A stretch of DNA of 64,000 nucleotides from positions 49,014 to 113,013 of the forward strand of contig JANNXD010000056.1 in NCBI GenBank assembly GCA_031409375.1. Reading direction: 5' to 3'. This DNA comes from Gammaproteobacteria bacterium. Its GTDB lineage: Bacteria > Pseudomonadota > Gammaproteobacteria > Pseudomonadales > JANQJO01. Shown here piece after piece: positions 30,333 through 40,170 of the stretch. Under the pieces are notes generated by a model. The model saw nothing but the letters and a program-made list of their open reading frames with translations. It made no database searches and had not been told where the DNA came from. The translations under genes and the position numbers were made by a program. The first letter of the stretch is position 1, and every line of letters begins with the position of its first letter.

Positions 30333-32177
30333 ATGTATGAAAAATTCTTTGGCTTAAGCGACCTGCCATTTTCGATTGCTCCCAATCCTCGCTATCTATA
30401 CATGAGTCAGCATCATAATGAAGCACTGGCGCATCTGTTATATGGTGTGAAGCAAGATGGTGGTTTTATTTTACTAACCGGCGAAGTCGGCACTGGTAAA
30501 ACTACAGTTTGTCGTTGCTTTTTAGAAAAGCTCCCAGAGAATTGTCACGTTGCGGTGATTCTCAACCCCAAGCTCACGATAGACGAGCTCTTAGAAACCT
30601 TGTGTGATGAGTTGGGTATTGCTTACGTGCAAGACAGTATCAGTGTGAAGGGCTATTTAGATGTCCTCAATCAATTTTTATTAAAAGCACATGCCAAGCA
30701 TACAAAAGTTTTGTTGATTATTGATGAGGCACAGAATTTATCAATAGATGTACTCGAGCAAATTCGTTTACTAACCAATTTGGAAACCGATCAACGAAAG
30801 TTACTGCAAATTGTGCTGATCGGGCAGCCGGAGTTGCGTGCATTATTTGAGCAGAAGGTCTTGCGCCAGTTAGCACAGCGCATTACCGCACGCTATCACT
30901 TGCCACATTTAAGTCTGCCGGAAACGGATGCTTATATCCGCCATCGTTTAGACGTAGCAGGTTGTAGTTATGAGTTATTTCCAACATCGGTAGTGCGTAT
31001 TATTTTTAAACTGACGGATGGTATTCCGCGTTTAATTAACGTGATGTGTGATCGAGCTTTGCTCGGAGCTTATGTATCGGGTCAGCGTTATGTCGATAAA
31101 AACATTATGCGACAAGCCGCCCGGGAATTGATGACGCATAAACGTTTTTTTAGCACAGAATTTTGGAAGCATTATCACTGGCAGCTGAAACTAAAAGTGA
31201 CGCTAGCGTTATTATTTTTTGTGGTGGCCCTACTGGCCGGAATTGTACAAGCGGTAAAGTATGGGCAAAGCATTTCTAATTTAGCGCCAGCTTCACCCAG
31301 GCCAACCGCGTTAGCTTCTATTGTTGCTGGGCATGCTAAACCGCTGGCTAAAGAGCCGAGCATTGTAGGTTTGCCTGTGAAGCCAGGCGATCGGAAGTTA
31401 AAGCAAGTGGATCAGTATCCTGTTGCCGAACTTGAGCGACAACTTGCACTTATGGAAAAAAAATCTCCGCCTGTGATGCAGGCGTTGAGTCTGGATAGTT
31501 TATGGCAAGCCAATTGGCCACTGACAGCCGACTTTGCGAGTGCATTGCATTTTTTATATATGCAATGGGGGGGGGTGCCCAATGTCAGTGATTTAAATCT
31601 TGAGAGTTGCCAGCGACCTGACAATAGTCGTCTGCAATGTTTGCAGCAAGACGGTGCTAGTATTTCGGATATCCAACAATTACCATTGCCATTTATGTTA
31701 ACTTTGACTAAGCCAGGTACTAACGCACCTTTTTATGGAGTTGTTACTGATTTCACCGATTCTGAGCTGACTTTAGAAATCAATCCAGTCGCAACAAAGC
31801 GAAGCGGTTTGAGTAGTAGCGATTTGAAAGGAATTCATCTTGGTTTTAAGGAGCTGTCGCGTTATTGGCAAGGCCAATACACTCTGGTTTGGCAGGTGCC
31901 GCCTGGTTATTATGGTCCAATTGTTCCCGGCACTATAGGTCCTGGCGTTAAATGGCTAAGCCAACAATTAGGTGAATTGTATAATGATCCTCAATTAAAA
32001 AATGGAGCGAGTATTTTTAATGAAGTACTGCTCAAAAATGTGAAAAAATTTCAAGCGCAAGTGGGTTTAAAACCAGATGGTATCGTCGGTCCAACCACGC
32101 TAGTTCAGTTGTATAGAGCATTAAAACTGCAACAAGATAAAACCAATACGCAGCAGCCAAACCAGCGGGGAGGTTAA
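30333..32177 (+). CDS. exeA: ExeA/GspA-type AAA ATPase with a C-terminal peptidoglycan-binding domain
   Basis: 614 aa; MYEKFFGL...PF start, Walker A GEVGTGKT, one TM segment, C-terminal FQAQVGLKPDGIVGPTT (PG_binding_1-like). Confidence 0.85.
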   Translation: MYEKFFGLSDLPFSIAPNPRYLYMSQHHNEALAHLLYGVKQDGGFILLTGEVGTGKTTVCRCFLEKLPENCHVAVILNPKLTIDELLETLCDELGIAYVQDSISVKGYLDVLNQFLLKAHAKHTKVLLIIDEAQNLSIDVLEQIRLLTNLETDQRKLLQIVLIGQPELRALFEQKVLRQLAQRITARYHLPHLSLPETDAYIRHRLDVAGCSYELFPTSVVRIIFKLTDGIPRLINVMCDRALLGAYVSGQRYVDKNIMRQAARELMTHKRFFSTEFWKHYHWQLKLKVTLALLFFVVALLAGIVQAVKYGQSISNLAPASPRPTALASIVAGHAKPLAKEPSIVGLPVKPGDRKLKQVDQYPVAELERQLALMEKKSPPVMQALSLDSLWQANWPLTADFASALHFLYMQWGGVPNVSDLNLESCQRPDNSRLQCLQQDGASISDIQQLPLPFMLTLTKPGTNAPFYGVVTDFTDSELTLEINPVATKRSGLSSSDLKGIHLGFKELSRYWQGQYTLVWQVPPGYYGPIVPGTIGPGVKWLSQQLGELYNDPQLKNGASIFNEVLLKNVKKFQAQVGLKPDGIVGPTTLVQLYRALKLQQDKTNTQQPNQRGG

Positions 32178-32181
32178 GCTG

Positions 32182-32961
32182 ATGTCTTATATTTTAGATG
32201 CATTAAAAAAATCAGAGCAAGAACGTAAGCGTGACAAGATTCCTGATTTGCAAAGCATACAAGTTGCGGTGCGTCCATTTCGTGCCTCATCGTTGATGAA
32301 AACGGTGTTTTTGAGTGTGTGGGCTGTAGGAACTTTGGTGTTAATTGCGTTGTGGTTACAGCAGAAGTATCGTTTTACGTTGGAAGTTGCGAATCCGACT
32401 GTTGTGGCGCCAACGTCAATCACTGCTACTCCATCAGTTGCAGTGCAGGCAGTTGCTCAGCAGACTACTGCTTTACCGGCGGTTGAGCCGTTCGTTGAGT
32501 CTCAATCTATGATGGATGAATCTGCGGGTTTTTTAGATCAGGTTGAAGCAAATGCATCGTTGCCCGTTAACGATGCGGCTGATTTACAGTCTGGTACCGA
32601 AATTATCAGGCCAAAAACACAGTTTGATCAATCCACAACGCGACCCCCTTCGCCGCCTCCTGTAGTCGATTCTCATGTAACTGAATCGGTAAACTCGACG
32701 GAAGATTTTCAATATCTCCCTCAGCTAACACAAATGCCGCAAACCTTCACCGCGAGTTTGCCCAAACTGGTTTTTATTTCGCATCTTTATTCCAGCGATC
32801 CGGCTTCGCGCTCAGTGATCATCAATGATAAAACTTGGCATGAACACGATCGTATATTGCCGGAACTACAATTGATTGCCATTATTCCTGAAGGGGTTGT
32901 GTTGTCCTATCAAGGCAAACAATTTCGAATGCCGGTGGTAGATGATTGGTCGGGGCAGTGA
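32182..32961 (+). CDS. exeB: ExeB/GspB-type secretion accessory protein
   Basis: 259 aa; MSYILDALKKSEQER N-terminus, single TM segment; adjacent to exeA. Confidence 0.75.
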   Translation: MSYILDALKKSEQERKRDKIPDLQSIQVAVRPFRASSLMKTVFLSVWAVGTLVLIALWLQQKYRFTLEVANPTVVAPTSITATPSVAVQAVAQQTTALPAVEPFVESQSMMDESAGFLDQVEANASLPVNDAADLQSGTEIIRPKTQFDQSTTRPPSPPPVVDSHVTESVNSTEDFQYLPQLTQMPQTFTASLPKLVFISHLYSSDPASRSVIINDKTWHEHDRILPELQLIAIIPEGVVLSYQGKQFRMPVVDDWSGQ

Positions 32962-33053
32962 TGTTTTTTAGTGCAAATAAGTGATGCGCTTCATTATTGA
33001 ATCTAGATAATCAAAATTAGCCTTGATGAGTCTGATGACTCTAAGGAAATGTT

Positions 33054-34409
33054 ATGCCTGCTAAGCGGGTGCTGTTGCTGAACGGTCAGTTGGTCAATGA
33101 AGGTCAAGTCCAAACTGCAGATTTGCTGATTGAGCAGGGGCGCATTGCGCGGATTGACGCTGATTTAAGCCATGTGGGTGATGCCGATGTTATCGACTGT
33201 CAAGGGCAATTTGTACTCCCCGGTATGATTGACGACCAAGTGCACTTTCGTGAGCCTGGTTTAACGCATAAAGGTTGCATTCAAACTGAATCACGGGCGG
33301 CGGTGATGGGCGGGATTACCAGCTACATGGAAATGCCCAACTGTGTGCCCAATACCACAGATCAACTTCAGATTAATGCTAAGCGCAGCTTGGCAGCCCA
33401 GCATAGTTACGCCAACTATGGTTTTTATCTGGGTGCTACTAATCATAATATTGAAGATATAAAAAGCATTGATGCCAGTAGCATTTGCGGTGTTAAAGTG
33501 TTTATGGGGGCTTCAACTGGTAACTTGTTGGTGGATGATCCACAAGCATTAGAAGCGATTTTTCAGCATTCTCCGGTCTTAATTGCCACGCACTGTGAGC
33601 ATAGTCCGACCATCAGTCTCAATGAACAACGTTTTAAACAGCAGTATGGTGATAAAGTCCCTTTTCGGTTACACGCGGAAATTCGTTCACGCGAAGCTTG
33701 CTGGTTATCGAGCAGCATGGCCGTGGCGTTGGCCAAGCGCACGGGCGCTGATTTACATGTGTTGCACTTAACCACAGCAGAAGAAATGGCGTTATTTACG
33801 GCTGGCCCTATTCAAAACAAACGCATAACCGCTGAGGTTTGTGTGCATCATCTTTGGTTTTCGCAGGATGATTATGATCAACTGGGTTCGCGTATTAAGT
33901 GCAATCCCTCGATTAAAACATCAGCTGATCGGGAAGCTTTATGGCTCGCCCTTAATCAGGATGTCATCGACGTGATTGCCACCGATCATGCGCCGCACAC
34001 GCTAGCAGAAAAATCTCAAGGTTTTTGGCAGGCACCTGCCGGTTTGCCGTTAGTGCAAGAAGCGTTATTGTGTTTGCTCGAACAGGTGCATCGGGGCCAA
34101 CTTACGTTGCCAAAATTGGTCGAAAAAACGGCGCATGCAGTCGCGAAGCGGTTTGGGGTGGTGGATCGTGGTTTCATTCGCGAAGGCTATTGGGCGGATT
34201 TGGTGGTGGTCGATCAATTCAAGCCGCAGCTTTCTCGTGACATTGATATGGCGTATCGTTGCGGTTGGACGCCGTTTGCGGGGCAAACTTGGCAATCGAC
34301 CATAACGGCGACCTTAGTCAATGGTCAATGTTATTATCGACAAGGCCGGTGGCAAGATGCACCACTGGCTGCGCAAGCTTTGCAATTCAAGGCGCATCGA
34401 CGTGGATAA
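33054..34409 (+). CDS. Dihydroorotase-like cyclic amidohydrolase
   Basis: 451 aa; PGMIDDQVHFREPG, VKVFMG, ATHCE, LHVLHLTT and ATDHAPH metal-ligand regions. The first His of the usual HxH is Gln. Confidence 0.8.
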   Translation: MPAKRVLLLNGQLVNEGQVQTADLLIEQGRIARIDADLSHVGDADVIDCQGQFVLPGMIDDQVHFREPGLTHKGCIQTESRAAVMGGITSYMEMPNCVPNTTDQLQINAKRSLAAQHSYANYGFYLGATNHNIEDIKSIDASSICGVKVFMGASTGNLLVDDPQALEAIFQHSPVLIATHCEHSPTISLNEQRFKQQYGDKVPFRLHAEIRSREACWLSSSMAVALAKRTGADLHVLHLTTAEEMALFTAGPIQNKRITAEVCVHHLWFSQDDYDQLGSRIKCNPSIKTSADREALWLALNQDVIDVIATDHAPHTLAEKSQGFWQAPAGLPLVQEALLCLLEQVHRGQLTLPKLVEKTAHAVAKRFGVVDRGFIREGYWADLVVVDQFKPQLSRDIDMAYRCGWTPFAGQTWQSTITATLVNGQCYYRQGRWQDAPLAAQALQFKAHRRG

Positions 34410-34436
34410 AAATCCACCCGGAAAAAGGAATCTCGT

Positions 34437-35111
34437 ATGTTAATGCAGGATTATCCGTATCCACCACAGTTTATTGTTTTAGAGGGTGGGGAAGGTGCGG
34501 GTAAGTCGACGAACATTCGACTGATTGCCGAGTGGTTACAACAGGCGCATATTCCATTGTTGGTCACGCGTGAACCTGGTGGTACGCCGGTGGCTGAAGC
34601 ATTACGTCAAACCTTGCTCACTAAGGGCGCAGAACCGATTGAACCGTTAACAGAATTGTTGCTGATGTTCGCCGCACGCCATCAACATTTACAGCACAAA
34701 ATCCGTCCCAACTTGCAAACTGGCCATTGGGTGTTGTGTGATCGTTTTGTTGATGCCAGTTATGCGTATCAAGGCGCAGGTCGTGGTTTATCCACGGAGA
34801 TAATTGCGCAACTTGAACAGTGGGTGGTACAGCATCACCAAGCTGACTGGGTGATTGTGCTCGATATTTCGCCCGGACAAAGTGGTGAGCGCGTACAAAG
34901 TCGGGGTCAACTGGATCGTTTTGAACAAGAGCAACAGGCGTTTTTTCAGCGCGTGCGTGTCGCTTATTGCCAGAGGGCAGCGGCGGATCAATCTCGCTAC
35001 AGTTTAATCGACGCCAGTTTGCCGCTGGCGCAAGTACAAGCCTTAATACGCATAGAGTTTCAACGTCGTTATCCACTGCTGTTCTCCACCTGCCCACAAG
35101 GTTTTGACTAA
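34437..35111 (+). CDS. tmk: Thymidylate kinase
   Basis: FIVLEGGEGAGKST P-loop, TREPGGT, DRF motifs. Confidence 0.93.
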   Translation: MLMQDYPYPPQFIVLEGGEGAGKSTNIRLIAEWLQQAHIPLLVTREPGGTPVAEALRQTLLTKGAEPIEPLTELLLMFAARHQHLQHKIRPNLQTGHWVLCDRFVDASYAYQGAGRGLSTEIIAQLEQWVVQHHQADWVIVLDISPGQSGERVQSRGQLDRFEQEQQAFFQRVRVAYCQRAAADQSRYSLIDASLPLAQVQALIRIEFQRRYPLLFSTCPQGFD

Positions 35112-35128
35112 ATGAACGGACGGAATAA

Positions 35129-36154
35129 ATGAATGGACCTTGGCCATGGCAGCAAACTCTCTGGCAGCAAATCACTGCGCAGATTGAGCGGCAGCGCTTG
35201 CCGCATGCGTTGTTACTACAAGGTATGCCCGGTTTAGGGCAGCGGCATTTCACGGAAGTATTGGTGCAGAGGCTGTTATGTTTGGCATTAAAGGATGGCT
35301 TGCCTTGCCAGCAGTGTTCTGCTTGTGTGCAAGTGAAGCAAGGCGGGCATCCCGATTATTTGCTGGTGGAGCGTGAAGAAAAAGCACGACAGTTAAAAAT
35401 CGAACAGATTCGTGATGCCGTGCAGTTTATGCAAAGTACCGCAGCCGGTTGGCGAATTGTGGTGATTGATGGCGCAGAAACCATGAATGTGAATGCGCAA
35501 AATGCCCTGTTAAAAACCTTGGAAGAGCCAGGATCAGCAGCGTTGTTTGTCTTAATCAGCTATCGAAGTTTGGGCTTGCTGGCCACGGTGCGTAGTCGCT
35601 GCCAAGTGTTAACTTTGTTGCCTGTACAGCCGCAGCAAGCATTCTTAGCTTGGTGGCAGACATACCAAGCCCCACTAGACGAGCAAGCTTGGGATTATTT
35701 TGCAAGTGGTGATGGGTTTGCTAGAGACAAAAAGGGGGCGAGTGAAGGTGGCGTCGAGGTTGATGTCGCAAGCTTATTACAACAAGCGCATGGTGCTCCT
35801 TTATTAGCGTGGCAACTGCAAGTGCCTGGTCGACAGGTCGCGTATCGGCAATTGTTAGCTGGGTTAAATGGTGTCCGAGCACGCTCGCAAGGTATGGCCA
35901 CTGTGGTCGAGTTATTAACGCATTGGCCAATCGTTGAAGCCTTGCAAGCGTTACTGTCGATTACGCAGCAACGTTTGCAGTACGCTTTAAAGCAAGGTTT
36001 ATCTCCTACAGAACGGCAAGAGTCGCCGCGTTTTTTATGTCAGTTTTATCAGCGATTGCTGGCCAATTGGCAGCGCTGTCAACACGGAGTGGCTATGAAT
36101 GAAACTTTACTCTGGGAAGCGTTAATGTTGAGCTGGGCCCAGCAAAAAGCGTAA
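35129..36154 (+). CDS. holB: DNA polymerase III delta-prime subunit
   Basis: 341 aa; PHALLLQGMPGLGQ, CxxCxxC zinc module, NALLKTLEEP; tmk-holB-pilZ synteny. Confidence 0.88.
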   Translation: MNGPWPWQQTLWQQITAQIERQRLPHALLLQGMPGLGQRHFTEVLVQRLLCLALKDGLPCQQCSACVQVKQGGHPDYLLVEREEKARQLKIEQIRDAVQFMQSTAAGWRIVVIDGAETMNVNAQNALLKTLEEPGSAALFVLISYRSLGLLATVRSRCQVLTLLPVQPQQAFLAWWQTYQAPLDEQAWDYFASGDGFARDKKGASEGGVEVDVASLLQQAHGAPLLAWQLQVPGRQVAYRQLLAGLNGVRARSQGMATVVELLTHWPIVEALQALLSITQQRLQYALKQGLSPTERQESPRFLCQFYQRLLANWQRCQHGVAMNETLLWEALMLSWAQQKA

Positions 36155-36213
36155 CTTGCGTTACACTGTTTGCTGTGTATTTTGCGAAAGCGCGTTTTTA
36201 ACAGGAACTGTGT

Positions 36214-36561
36214 ATGAATCCAGCCGCTGGTCGTAGTGGTATCTTATCGCTGACCATTAAAGATAAAAATGTATTGTATGCGGCTTATATGTCTTGTGTT
36301 AGAAACGGTGGTCTTTTTATACCGACTGCCAAAAGCTACCGTATTGGTGAAGAAGTGTTTTTGTTGTTGAACCTGATGGAGGAGGTTGACAAAATTCCTG
36401 TTGCGGGAAAGATCGTGTGGATTACCCCGAAAGGTGCGCAAGGTAATCGTGCAGCGGGTATTGGTGTGCAGTTTAGTGATCAAAATAATGTTGCGCGATC
36501 CAAAATTGAAAATTACTTGGCGGGTTTGCTAACTAGTGATCGCGTTACGCATACTTTGTGA
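36214..36561 (+). CDS. pilZ: PilZ-domain protein (type IV pilus assembly PilZ orthologue type)
   Basis: 115 aa; GGLFIPT and GIGVQF motifs; position immediately after holB, as for the Pseudomonas and Xanthomonas PilZ. Confidence 0.8.
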   Translation: MNPAAGRSGILSLTIKDKNVLYAAYMSCVRNGGLFIPTAKSYRIGEEVFLLLNLMEEVDKIPVAGKIVWITPKGAQGNRAAGIGVQFSDQNNVARSKIENYLAGLLTSDRVTHTL

Positions 36562-36727
36562 TTTACCCGCACCAGCTCGTCAGTAACAGGGGAGTGGATT
36601 TATTTTAGGTTTTACAAGTCAGCCCTAAAATGATAAAAAAATACCCGGCATCTGGGGGTGGTACCGGGTATGGCCATAACCAAGAGCAGTCGAGTGTTTT
36701 TAACAGTCGAACATTTTTTATCCTTGG

Positions 36728-37690
36728 TTAGGTGTTTACAGTATCGTTGAGGTCGTTAGGATTGCAAGTTGATGGGTTGTCGTCGCTTTGCTCATACAGT
36801 CGTAACTCTTCTCCAGATAATGTCCCTTTGCCTCGCCAGGGTAATAAACGATGATCGCTATGAAATGTAAAATCTAAAAATGGGTATTTGATGATCTCGA
36901 AGTAGGGTGAATAATCGAAATCACTGGGTACGCAGAGTTTAGGATTACGCCGGAACAGTTGTACGCCACCAGCGGCGCTGGATTTTTTCACCAGCGGTAA
37001 AATGGGAAATTGAATAAATCCAAACGCTTCTGCCAGCATGGTCGAGCAGACGGTGCGAATCGATTTTCCAGGGCGGCTCTTAAATAGGCTCGAGCGCCAG
37101 TGTCTCGGTAATAAAATCCAGGGAAATAAAAAGCGGGCAAGGTCAAAAATTTGTCTGACATCATATTCAACGCCCAGCCGGCCAATGGCGTATCGCATAA
37201 CATCTTGCGCATCTTGATAAGATAAATCTTTAGGGCGGCAAACCCGTAAATGATCTTGCTGATAAATGCTTAATGGATGTACTACCACGCCATGTCCCAG
37301 CAGGCTTTCAATAATCAAGTGTGTATTGGGTTCGCAGGCATAGTGGGCTTGAATATCGGCGCGTAGATCCGCGTCCTCGATATCATGAAGGCGTCCAAGA
37401 TACAGTGCTGCGTGCGTCCATGGGCTGGCAGTAATCCAGCGAATTACTGCGCTAATGCGTGACGTTCCTTCTACTAAAATGACATCGCACGGCTTTAATT
37501 CGTGGCGGATTCGTTCAAAGTCGCACATGGGCATGCGCACCCAACCAGGGCGTGATTTTTGTTCGCCATTTAGCCAGTTGATTACGATTTTATTTATAAA
37601 TGTGAGTGCCACTAACCCAATCCTCGATGCGCCGTTTACGGTAAGCTTCTTGCGATGTTCGTTGTTTGTTATTGATTGATCATTGCGCAT
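36728..37690 (-). CDS. YiiX/DUF830-like permuted NlpC/P60 (papain-fold) hydrolase family protein
   Basis: GDVILVEG...SPWTHAALYLG (His segment) precedes TVCSTMLAEAF (Cys segment), the permuted order. ATG 37690 is preferred because the longer track ORF (to 37837) would overlap the divergent tetR gene. Confidence 0.6.
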   Translation of the reverse strand: MRNDQSITNNEHRKKLTVNGASRIGLVALTFINKIVINWLNGEQKSRPGWVRMPMCDFERIRHELKPCDVILVEGTSRISAVIRWITASPWTHAALYLGRLHDIEDADLRADIQAHYACEPNTHLIIESLLGHGVVVHPLSIYQQDHLRVCRPKDLSYQDAQDVMRYAIGRLGVEYDVRQIFDLARFLFPWILLPRHWRSSLFKSRPGKSIRTVCSTMLAEAFGFIQFPILPLVKKSSAAGGVQLFRRNPKLCVPSDFDYSPYFEIIKYPFLDFTFHSDHRLLPWRGKGTLSGEELRLYEQSDDNPSTCNPNDLNDTVNT

Positions 37691-37750
37691 GATTCGATTT
37701 GAGTGTAGATCAATGTTTTGGTGTAAGATGATGATTTTTGAGACAACAGC

Positions 37751-38392
37751 ATGACCAATGACATCAATCCTACGATTGAAAAAGCCCGTCAAAAAGCCAA
37801 AGAGTTTCGTCAGCGAGAAAAGGATATCTTGCGCCAAGCGCAGGATTTATTTGTTCAGCATGGCGAGGATAAGGTCACTGTGGAGCTAATTGCCGAATCT
37901 GCGGGGATTGGTAAGGGCACTATTTATAAGCACTTCCAAACCAAGTATGAAATTTATATGCGCTTGATGATCCAATACGAAGAAGAGCTGGCCGAATTGT
38001 TTTCCAGTATTTCGGTTGCGGATGATCAAGATCGTTTGATTCGGGCTTATTACAATTTTCGGATGTCTGATCCAGATCGTTATGCTTTGTTTGCTCGTTT
38101 GGAACCCAAGTGTTCATCCGAACCATCCGTCAGTGAATTGATGGCTCAATTGCATCGTACGCGGGTTGCCAATATGGATAAGCTGCAATCGTTAGTGAAT
38201 GCGCGTATTAAAGAAGGCGTATTGATCGATTGCCCAGCTTATTTTCATATTTGCGCTGCATGGGCAATGGTCCACGGTGCGGTCGCTTTGTATGAGTCGG
38301 TTTTTTTTAAACAGCTAATTGAGGACAAAGATGCTTTTTTTGATTTCTTACTCGAAGTGAGTGCTCGTTTAGGTGTCAAGCGCACGCGGTGA
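37751..38392 (+). CDS. TetR/AcrR-family transcriptional regulator
   Basis: 213 aa; N-terminal HTH VTVELIAESAGIGKGTIYKHF. Confidence 0.88.
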   Translation: MTNDINPTIEKARQKAKEFRQREKDILRQAQDLFVQHGEDKVTVELIAESAGIGKGTIYKHFQTKYEIYMRLMIQYEEELAELFSSISVADDQDRLIRAYYNFRMSDPDRYALFARLEPKCSSEPSVSELMAQLHRTRVANMDKLQSLVNARIKEGVLIDCPAYFHICAAWAMVHGAVALYESVFFKQLIEDKDAFFDFLLEVSARLGVKRTR

Positions 38393-38395
38393 ACT

Positions 38396-39442
38396 ATGAC
38401 GTTAACAGTTATTCCCTTACAGCAAACCTTACAAAAAGGCTTGGATGCCGCTGCCATTTTAACGGGCCACGCGCTGCAGATGAGCTTGCCGCAAAAAACA
38501 GATTTGATTGCAAAGATTAAAGATGAGTTGCAGCGGCAAAATGCCGTCATTGTAGCGCACTACTATACCGATGCAGACGTGCAGGCGTTGGCAGAGGCGA
38601 CGGGCGGTTGTGTTGCGGATTCATTAGAAATGGCGCGCTTTGGTCGAGATCATCCCGCTTCAACCTTGGTGGTGGCTGGTGTGCGTTTTATGGGAGAAAC
38701 TGCCAAAATTTTAAGTCCGCATAAGCGCGTCATTATGCCGAGTTTAGAGGCTGAATGTTCGCTGGATTTATCTTGCTCGCCGCAAGCGTTTGCACAATTT
38801 AAAGCCGATCACCCTGGTTACACCTCGGTGGTTTATGCTAACACTTCTGCTGCGGTGAAAGCGCAAGCCGATTGGGTGGTCACGTCTAGCATTGCGGTCA
38901 AAGTGGTGAAGTTTCTCCAATCGCAAGGCGAAAAAATCTTATGGGCGCCAGACCGTTATTTGGGAGATTATATTCGCCAGCAAACACAGGTCGAGATGGC
39001 TATCTGGTCAGGCGCCTGTATTGTGCATGAAGAATTTAAAGCACAAGGTATTCGCGATTTGTTAAAAATTTATCCGGATGCTGGCGTTCTGGTACACCCA
39101 GAATCACCTGCCTCGGTTATTGCGCTTGCTGACTTTGTGGGTTCTACCTCGCAATTAATTAAAGCCGCGCATGATCTAGATTTTTTACGCTTTATTGTCG
39201 CCACTGATCGCGGCATTTTTTATAAAATGCAACAAGCCTGTCCAGGTAAAATTTTTCTAGAGGCGCCGACTGCAGGCAATGGCGCCACATGTCAAAGCTG
39301 TGCACATTGTCCCTGGATGGCACTCAATCAGCTGGAAAACGTGATGCAGACTTTGCGTTCCCCGCAACTTATTGAGTTGGATTCAGAGTTAATTATCCAG
39401 GCGCGTAAACCACTGGATCGGATGTTAAGTTTTCAAGGTTAA
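38396..39442 (+). CDS. nadA: Quinolinate synthase
   Basis: 348 aa; [17 protein letters not shown] and three conserved Cys regions (CxxC..C near the C-terminus). Confidence 0.93.
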   Translation: MTLTVIPLQQTLQKGLDAAAILTGHALQMSLPQKTDLIAKIKDELQRQNAVIVAHYYTDADVQALAEATGGCVADSLEMARFGRDHPASTLVVAGVRFMGETAKILSPHKRVIMPSLEAECSLDLSCSPQAFAQFKADHPGYTSVVYANTSAAVKAQADWVVTSSIAVKVVKFLQSQGEKILWAPDRYLGDYIRQQTQVEMAIWSGACIVHEEFKAQGIRDLLKIYPDAGVLVHPESPASVIALADFVGSTSQLIKAAHDLDFLRFIVATDRGIFYKMQQACPGKIFLEAPTAGNGATCQSCAHCPWMALNQLENVMQTLRSPQLIELDSELIIQARKPLDRMLSFQG

Positions 39443-39445
39443 TCA

Positions 39446-40057
39446 GTGTTAGACATCTCCATTATTCAGCAATTTTGTGCGCAAGCTGGCCTGCCTTTGC
39501 AGAGCTGCCAACAAGTTGCGATCATTGATTCGACCAATCGTGCGATGTCGGATTTTTTATTGGCTGAGGATACTTTGCCAGGTTGGCATCTATTGGTCTC
39601 AGCACAACAAACTCACGGTCGCGGTCAACGCGGTAGAAATTGGATTTCTCCTGCTAATGGCAATTGGTATTTTTCGCTTGGACGATTGTGTGCCAGCAGA
39701 GATGGGCAGTTTCATGATCCTAGTATTGTGCCTGAATCGATGATGATCGGGCAGGTGTGCATGGAGTTGCTAGAATCCTTCGGGGTTTCGCCGCTAACCC
39801 TGAAAGCACCCAATGATATTTTGTACCAGCAGCGTAAGTTGGCTGGAATATTGATTGATAATCATTGGCTGGGGCAATGTTGTTATGCTTCTGTAATCGG
39901 TGTTGGTGTTAATGTTCGTGCGCATGTCGATATGCAAGAAATTGATCAGCCATGGAGTTGTATTGAAGAGATTGTGCCGTTCAAATGGGTGGATGCCACT
40001 GGTTGGTTGGCTGGCTTGTTAATAGCTATGATGCAGGCTTGTGCGCCAAAAACTTGA
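39446..40057 (+). CDS. birA: Biotin--protein ligase, catalytic domain only (no N-terminal HTH)
   Basis: 203 aa; IDSTN, GRGQRGRNW, KAPNDIL, KLAGILID and GVGVNV motifs; GTG start. Confidence 0.8.
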   Translation: MLDISIIQQFCAQAGLPLQSCQQVAIIDSTNRAMSDFLLAEDTLPGWHLLVSAQQTHGRGQRGRNWISPANGNWYFSLGRLCASRDGQFHDPSIVPESMMIGQVCMELLESFGVSPLTLKAPNDILYQQRKLAGILIDNHWLGQCCYASVIGVGVNVRAHVDMQEIDQPWSCIEEIVPFKWVDATGWLAGLLIAMMQACAPKT

Positions 40058-40170
40058 TTTTGCCAGTATTGCCAGCTATTAAATACAAGGCCTTTTTTTT
40101 ACATAGCCTTTATATGTTTTAATAAAGTATTTTAATAAATGCCTTTTAATCGAAACCAAGGACACGTGAT

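Noticed and set aside
34621-35253. 210-aa minus-strand ORF spanning the tmk/holB junction
   Set aside because: It lies entirely antisense to two well-supported genes (tmk, holB). The product is Cys/Arg/Pro-rich with no motif, so it is a typical shadow ORF.
36214-36561. PilZ protein lacking RxxxR and (D/N)xSxxG c-di-GMP-binding motifs
   Set aside because: The absence is real in the sequence. It is, however, the known property of the tmk-holB-linked PilZ orthologues (Pseudomonas PA2960 and Xanthomonas types), so it is not novel.
39446-40057. Biotin ligase seems to lack the C-terminal SH3-like cap domain (203 aa only)
   Set aside because: The length is short and only about 53 residues follow the GVGVNV motif. 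Without an alignment or structure prediction I cannot distinguish a genuinely truncated enzyme from a compact group-I ligase.
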